From Candidatus Xenobia bacterium (GTDB taxonomy: Bacteria; Vulcanimicrobiota; Xenobia; Xenobiales; QWHO01), in the NCBI GenBank assembly GCA_045863235.1, contig BTUM01000008.1, positions 1 through 64,000 of the forward strand: a stretch of DNA of 64,000 nt, given 5' to 3'. Below, one piece after another: positions 60,075-64,000 of this stretch. The notes under the pieces are model-generated. The model saw only the letters and a list, made by a program, of their open reading frames with translations, had not been told where the DNA came from and did not search any database. A program made the position numbers and the translations under genes. How positions within the stretch are numbered: position 1 is the first letter of the stretch; each line of letters opens with the position of its first letter.

Positions 60075-60704
60075 TTGCTGGACAAACTGACCGGGCTCTA
60101 TCAAAAGAAGTACTTCCTCGAGCAACTCGACCTCGAGGTGAAGCGCTGCGCCCGCTACCGGCGTCCCCTGTCGGTACTGGCTCTCGAGCTCGACTACGCT
60201 TACTTCCACCCCGATGTGGACGTGCGCTGGTCCATGGGTTACACCCTGTTCAAGCAGCTCGGTCCCATCGTGATCTCCACCCTGCGCAACGTCGACCTGG
60301 CCTCCCGCTTTGATGGAGAAGTGTTTCTCGCCTTCCTGCCCGAGACCGGACGCGAAGGGGCCCTGATTGCCGGCGAGAGACTACGCAGCCGCGTCGAGCG
60401 CCACTGGTTCCTGGGCCAGGTGCCCGGGGCGCCCGCCGCCGAGGGACTCAAAAGCGACCGCTTCCGAGTGGCGCTCAACGTGGGAGTGGCCATCTTTCCC
60501 GAGAACGGCCTCGAGCCGCCGACCCTGGTGGAAGCCGCCCGAGGAGCTTTGATGTGGGCCAAGAGCGAGGGCAGCAATCGGGTGAAGATCGCCTCCAGCG
60601 GGGGGGTGGAGACCAGCCTCCCCGAGGCCAGCGCCAGCGAACGACCCAGAACTGACGCTCCCACCTCGTGGGACGCGCTCGCAACCGACCACAATGAGGA
60701 GTAG
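60075..60704 (+). CDS. degenerate GGDEF domain protein
   Basis: DKLTGLY, RPLSVLAL, LRNVDLASRFDGEVF; start uncertain (TTG 60045 or 60075). Confidence 0.8.
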   Translation: MLDKLTGLYQKKYFLEQLDLEVKRCARYRRPLSVLALELDYAYFHPDVDVRWSMGYTLFKQLGPIVISTLRNVDLASRFDGEVFLAFLPETGREGALIAGERLRSRVERHWFLGQVPGAPAAEGLKSDRFRVALNVGVAIFPENGLEPPTLVEAARGALMWAKSEGSNRVKIASSGGVETSLPEASASERPRTDAPTSWDALATDHNEE

Positions 60705-60748
60705 ACGCCCATGGTCAGGTATGCTAGATTAGGGCCGGAGGTCGGAGT

Positions 60749-61717
60749 ATGACGGCTCCCTATGTTTGGGCTTTCGGGCTTGGTTTCGTGCTCACGCTGG
60801 CCCTGACCCCGGCAGTCCAGGCCCTGGCCCGCCGGGCCGGCGCCATGGACAAGCCCGACCCGCGCAAAGTGCATAAAGTACCCATCCCGCTCTGGGGTGG
60901 GCTGGGCGTTTTTCTGGCCTGCGTAAGCGCCATGGCGCTGGTGCTGTGGCCCCTGCGCGAGAGCCTGACCGAGCGCATGGTCAACCACCTCCTGGGCATG
61001 CTCATCGGGGGGTCTGTGATCGTGGCGGTGGGCATGGTCGACGACCGCTTCGGCATGAAGGCCACCGTCAAACTGGCCTTGCAGATTCTGGTGGCCTGCA
61101 TCATGATCTCCTTCGGGATCCGCATCGACTACCTGTCCATCCCGTTCCACGGATTGGTCTTCCTCGAGCCCTGGCAGGCCATCGGATTGACCATGTTCTG
61201 GATCGTGGGCATCACCAACGCCATCAACCTGCTCGACGGATTGGACGGCCTTCTTTCAGGCGTTTCTCTCATCTCGGCGGTCATCTTCGCCGTCGTCGCC
61301 AGCGCCAGCGGACAGGGCCAGTGGGTCACCGTGCTGATGATGGCCACCATTGCCGGCTGCGCCCTTGGCTTTCTTCGTTACAACTTCAATCCCGCCCAAA
61401 TCTTTCTTGGCGACACGGGCAGCCTCTTCTTCGGGCTGATGTTCGCTGGTTTCTCCGTCATCGGAACCCTCAAGGTCACGGCCGCCTTTGCGCTGGCCAT
61501 CCCGGTGTGCATTCTCGGGGTGCCCATCCTGGACACCTCGTTTGCGATCGTCCGTCGCAGCCTGGCGCGGCGCCCCATCTTTCAACCCGACAAGGGGCAC
61601 CTGCACCATCGACTGCTCGGATTGGGCTTGTCCCAGCGCCAGGCCGTGATGTGGATTTACTTCATCAACATCCTCTTCGGTCTGGCCGGACTCGCCATTG
61701 CCTACGCCGCCAAATAA
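60749..61717 (+). CDS. undecaprenyl-phosphate GlcNAc-1-phosphate transferase (WecA/TagO, GT4/MraY family)
   Basis: DKPDPRKVH, GMVDD, NAINLLDGLDG, IFLGDTGS, HLHHRLL. Confidence 0.93.
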   Translation: MTAPYVWAFGLGFVLTLALTPAVQALARRAGAMDKPDPRKVHKVPIPLWGGLGVFLACVSAMALVLWPLRESLTERMVNHLLGMLIGGSVIVAVGMVDDRFGMKATVKLALQILVACIMISFGIRIDYLSIPFHGLVFLEPWQAIGLTMFWIVGITNAINLLDGLDGLLSGVSLISAVIFAVVASASGQGQWVTVLMMATIAGCALGFLRYNFNPAQIFLGDTGSLFFGLMFAGFSVIGTLKVTAAFALAIPVCILGVPILDTSFAIVRRSLARRPIFQPDKGHLHHRLLGLGLSQRQAVMWIYFINILFGLAGLAIAYAAK

Positions 61718-62894
61718 AGTGCACGTGATGACAGTCTTCGGGACGCGCCCGGAGGCGATCAAGATGGCTCCTGTGGTGCTGGCCCTGGCGGCTGATCCGC
61801 GCGTACGCGTGACCAACGTCGTCACCGGCCAGCACCGCGAGATGCTCGATCAGGTGATGCAACTGTTTGGCATCTCGCCTGACGTCGACCTGAACATCAT
61901 GCAACCCGGCCAGACCCTTTCGGCCATCACCACGCGCACCCTGGAGGGACTCGAACCGGTGCTAAGGCAGCACCAACCCGACGTGGTGCTGGTTCAGGGA
62001 GACACCACCACCGCCTTCGCCGCCGGGCTGGCGGCTTTCTATCATAAGATTCCGGTCGGCCACGTAGAAGCCGGCCTGCGCACCGACGATCGCTACGACC
62101 CCTTTCCCGAGGAGATCAATCGGCGACTCCTGACCACCCTGTGCGAGATGCACTTCCCCCCCACTCACACCTCCTACTCGATCCTGCGCAACCTCGACGT
62201 GTGTCAATCGCGCATCCATTTGACCGGCAACACGGTCATCGACGCCCTGCATCGAATCCTGGCCGAGACCCCCCCCGGCCTGCCGGGCGATCTCCAGGGC
62301 ATCTCGGCGGAAAGCCGCATCCTGCTTGTAGAAACGCATCGTCGCGAAAATCTCGGCAAGCCCATGCAGGATATCTGTGAGGCCCTGCGAACGCTCGTGA
62401 AAAAGTTCACAAACACCGTCCTGGTGTTCAGTGTCCATAAGAATCCGCAGGTACGGGAAGTCGTCTTCCCGGCTCTAGAAGGGCTGGAGCGGACCTACCT
62501 GCTGGAACCGGTTGATTACCCGGTTCTGCTCCGGTTGATGAGAGAGTCAACCCTTATCCTGACCGACTCGGGGGGAATTCAGGAAGAGGCTCCCGCTCTC
62601 GGTAAGCCGGTGCTGGTTCTCAGGCGGACCACTGAACGCCCGGAAGGCATCGAGGCTGGAGTCTCCCGTCTGGTGGGAACCGACCCCGCGCTCATCGTCG
62701 AAGAGGCTTCCCGGCTTCTGACCGACCCGGAGGAATACCGGAAGATGAGCCAGGTCGCCAACCCGTATGGAGACGGCCGGGCCTCCGAGCGGATCGTCCA
62801 GGCCGTGTTACACCGGTTTGGCCATCTACCAGAACGGCCGCCAGACTTTGTCTATGCGCCTTCTGGCTCGGAGCTCGGAGCTACCCTCAAATGA
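61698..62894 (+). CDS. wecB: UDP-N-acetylglucosamine 2-epimerase (non-hydrolysing)
   Basis: FGTRPEAIKMAP, QGDTTT, HVEAGLRT, TDSGGIQEEAP, NPYGDG. Confidence 0.96.
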   Translation: MPTPPNKVHVMTVFGTRPEAIKMAPVVLALAADPRVRVTNVVTGQHREMLDQVMQLFGISPDVDLNIMQPGQTLSAITTRTLEGLEPVLRQHQPDVVLVQGDTTTAFAAGLAAFYHKIPVGHVEAGLRTDDRYDPFPEEINRRLLTTLCEMHFPPTHTSYSILRNLDVCQSRIHLTGNTVIDALHRILAETPPGLPGDLQGISAESRILLVETHRRENLGKPMQDICEALRTLVKKFTNTVLVFSVHKNPQVREVVFPALEGLERTYLLEPVDYPVLLRLMRESTLILTDSGGIQEEAPALGKPVLVLRRTTERPEGIEAGVSRLVGTDPALIVEEASRLLTDPEEYRKMSQVANPYGDGRASERIVQAVLHRFGHLPERPPDFVYAPSGSELGATLK

Positions 62895-63187
62895 GCGATG
62901 AAGAGGAGTCCGGCGGACGCCCCTCCCGCTCGCTCGAGGAAGTAGAACAGAAGATTCGTGAGTTAAAGGAACCCCGTAAGGGTGACCTGACTCTGGGGCG
63001 AGGAATGGCACTGGTCTTCTCGCTGGGCTTCGCGGTGGTGGGCGCTCTCTATGGCGGCTACCTCTGCGGACACTGGCTCGATCAGCGCTACCACTCGCAG
63101 TTCTTCACTCCGGTGATGGTGCTGGTGGGTCTTGGCCTGGGGGTGTTTGTGGGCTACCGGCTGATCAAGCCATTGCTGGAGGACTGA
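62891..63187 (+). CDS. AtpZ/AtpI family protein
   Basis: Two TMs with GYLCGHWLD pattern, upstream of atpB. Confidence 0.8.
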   Translation: MSDEEESGGRPSRSLEEVEQKIRELKEPRKGDLTLGRGMALVFSLGFAVVGALYGGYLCGHWLDQRYHSQFFTPVMVLVGLGLGVFVGYRLIKPLLED

Positions 63188-63193
63188 AGGGAA

Positions 63194-63475
63194 ATGCCTA
63201 CGGGCATCTTGGCGGGACTATTGTTGGGAGCGGCCCATCTGGCCCTGTTTCACCGCGGGGTGAGCCTGGCCTGCTCCATTCGCCGCCCCACGGCCGCGCG
63301 CTGGGTAGCTTTCATGCTCAGCGCCATGCGCTTTCTGATGACCGCCTCGGCTGGCTACGCAATGGTGCATTCGGGCGTTTCGGCGCTGGGACTGGGAATT
63401 GGACTGCTGGTCGCCCTGTACGCCTATCGCATCAGCCTGATGATGATTCCAATGCCCAGGGAAAGCAGGGTCTGA
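63194..63475 (+). CDS. ATP synthase subunit I-like membrane protein
   Basis: Small 3-TM protein with MRF motif directly before atpB. Confidence 0.65.
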   Translation: MPTGILAGLLLGAAHLALFHRGVSLACSIRRPTAARWVAFMLSAMRFLMTASAGYAMVHSGVSALGLGIGLLVALYAYRISLMMIPMPRESRV

Positions 63476-63476
63476 G

Positions 63477-64000
63477 ATGATGCTGTGGTTGGCTCAGGAG
63501 GTCGAAGCACATGGCGCCCACGGCGCTCACGCCGCTGGCGATTACAGTATGTACTACATCCCCATCGGTTCGACGCTGTTCGTTTACCTGATCATCTTCG
63601 TCACGGCCTCCATGGCCCGCAGCGGCATCGGCATCATCCCTCGGGGTTGGGGCGCCGTCTACGAGCACATCTTCGACTGGCTCGACGGCCTGGCCCAGGA
63701 TCTGATGGGCCCTGAAGGTCGCAAGTACGTGCCCTTCGCCATGTCGATCTTTCTCTTCGTTTTGGTGTCGAACTGGTCGGGACTGTTGCCCTGGCCGACT
63801 TTCGGGGAGGGGCATGATGCCATCAGCTACATTCCCCCCTCGACCTCGTTCAACACCACCCTGGCACTGGCCCTGATCTCCTTTGGCTCCTTCAACCTGT
63901 TCGGCTTGCAGAAGCGGATCTTTCCGCCCAAGGAAGAGGAGCAATCGCACGTGGGCCACGCCGAGCACGAGCCCGAGGTGCCCGGCCACCCGGTCCCGCA
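63477..64000 (+). CDS. atpB: F0F1 ATP synthase subunit a (3' truncated by window)
   Basis: IPRGWGAVYE, GPEGRKYVPF..SIFLFVLVSNWSGLLP, PPSTSFNTTLALAL. Confidence 0.92.
   Translation, partial: MMLWLAQEVEAHGAHGAHAAGDYSMYYIPIGSTLFVYLIIFVTASMARSGIGIIPRGWGAVYEHIFDWLDGLAQDLMGPEGRKYVPFAMSIFLFVLVSNWSGLLPWPTFGEGHDAISYIPPSTSFNTTLALALISFGSFNLFGLQKRIFPPKEEEQSHVGHAEHEPEVPGHPVP

Noticed and set aside
62891..64000. N-ATPase (atpQ-atpR-atpB) interpretation
   Set aside because: No atpD/atpC upstream; wecB-atpZ-atpI-atpB is the ordinary F-type operon start

Overview
High-GC bacterial chromosomal window with no rRNA, tRNA or CRISPR array seen. Gene style (many Hanks kinases, FHA and PilZ proteins, Firmicutes-like wecB-atpZ-atpI-atpB order, RHS toxin) tentatively suggests Eremiobacterota/Vulcanimicrobiota or a similar Terrabacteria lineage. 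The first ~1.9 kb is a lower-GC accessory patch: RHS core with a caspase/CHAT-like C-terminal toxin, a putative immunity gene, a group II intron 3' remnant and a MITE-like element. The rest is mainly housekeeping genes (P-type ATPase, folD, dnaK, aspS, groES/EL, ispF, tyrA, folB/folK/folM, wecA/wecB, start of atp operon), a minor pilin/GspE cluster and many orphans. Most notable is a recurring promoter architecture, TTTCAG-N5-TTT(C/G)AG-N10-TAnnnT. It has exact spacing upstream of three dispersed low-complexity orphan genes and partial copies upstream of a cytidine deaminase/5'-nucleotidase pair and a tandem trehalase. Several of these proteins carry disordered N-terminal leaders instead of Sec signal peptides. 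This resembles a tts-box/PhoB-type regulon of possible non-Sec (type III/flagellar-type) export substrates, which is inference.
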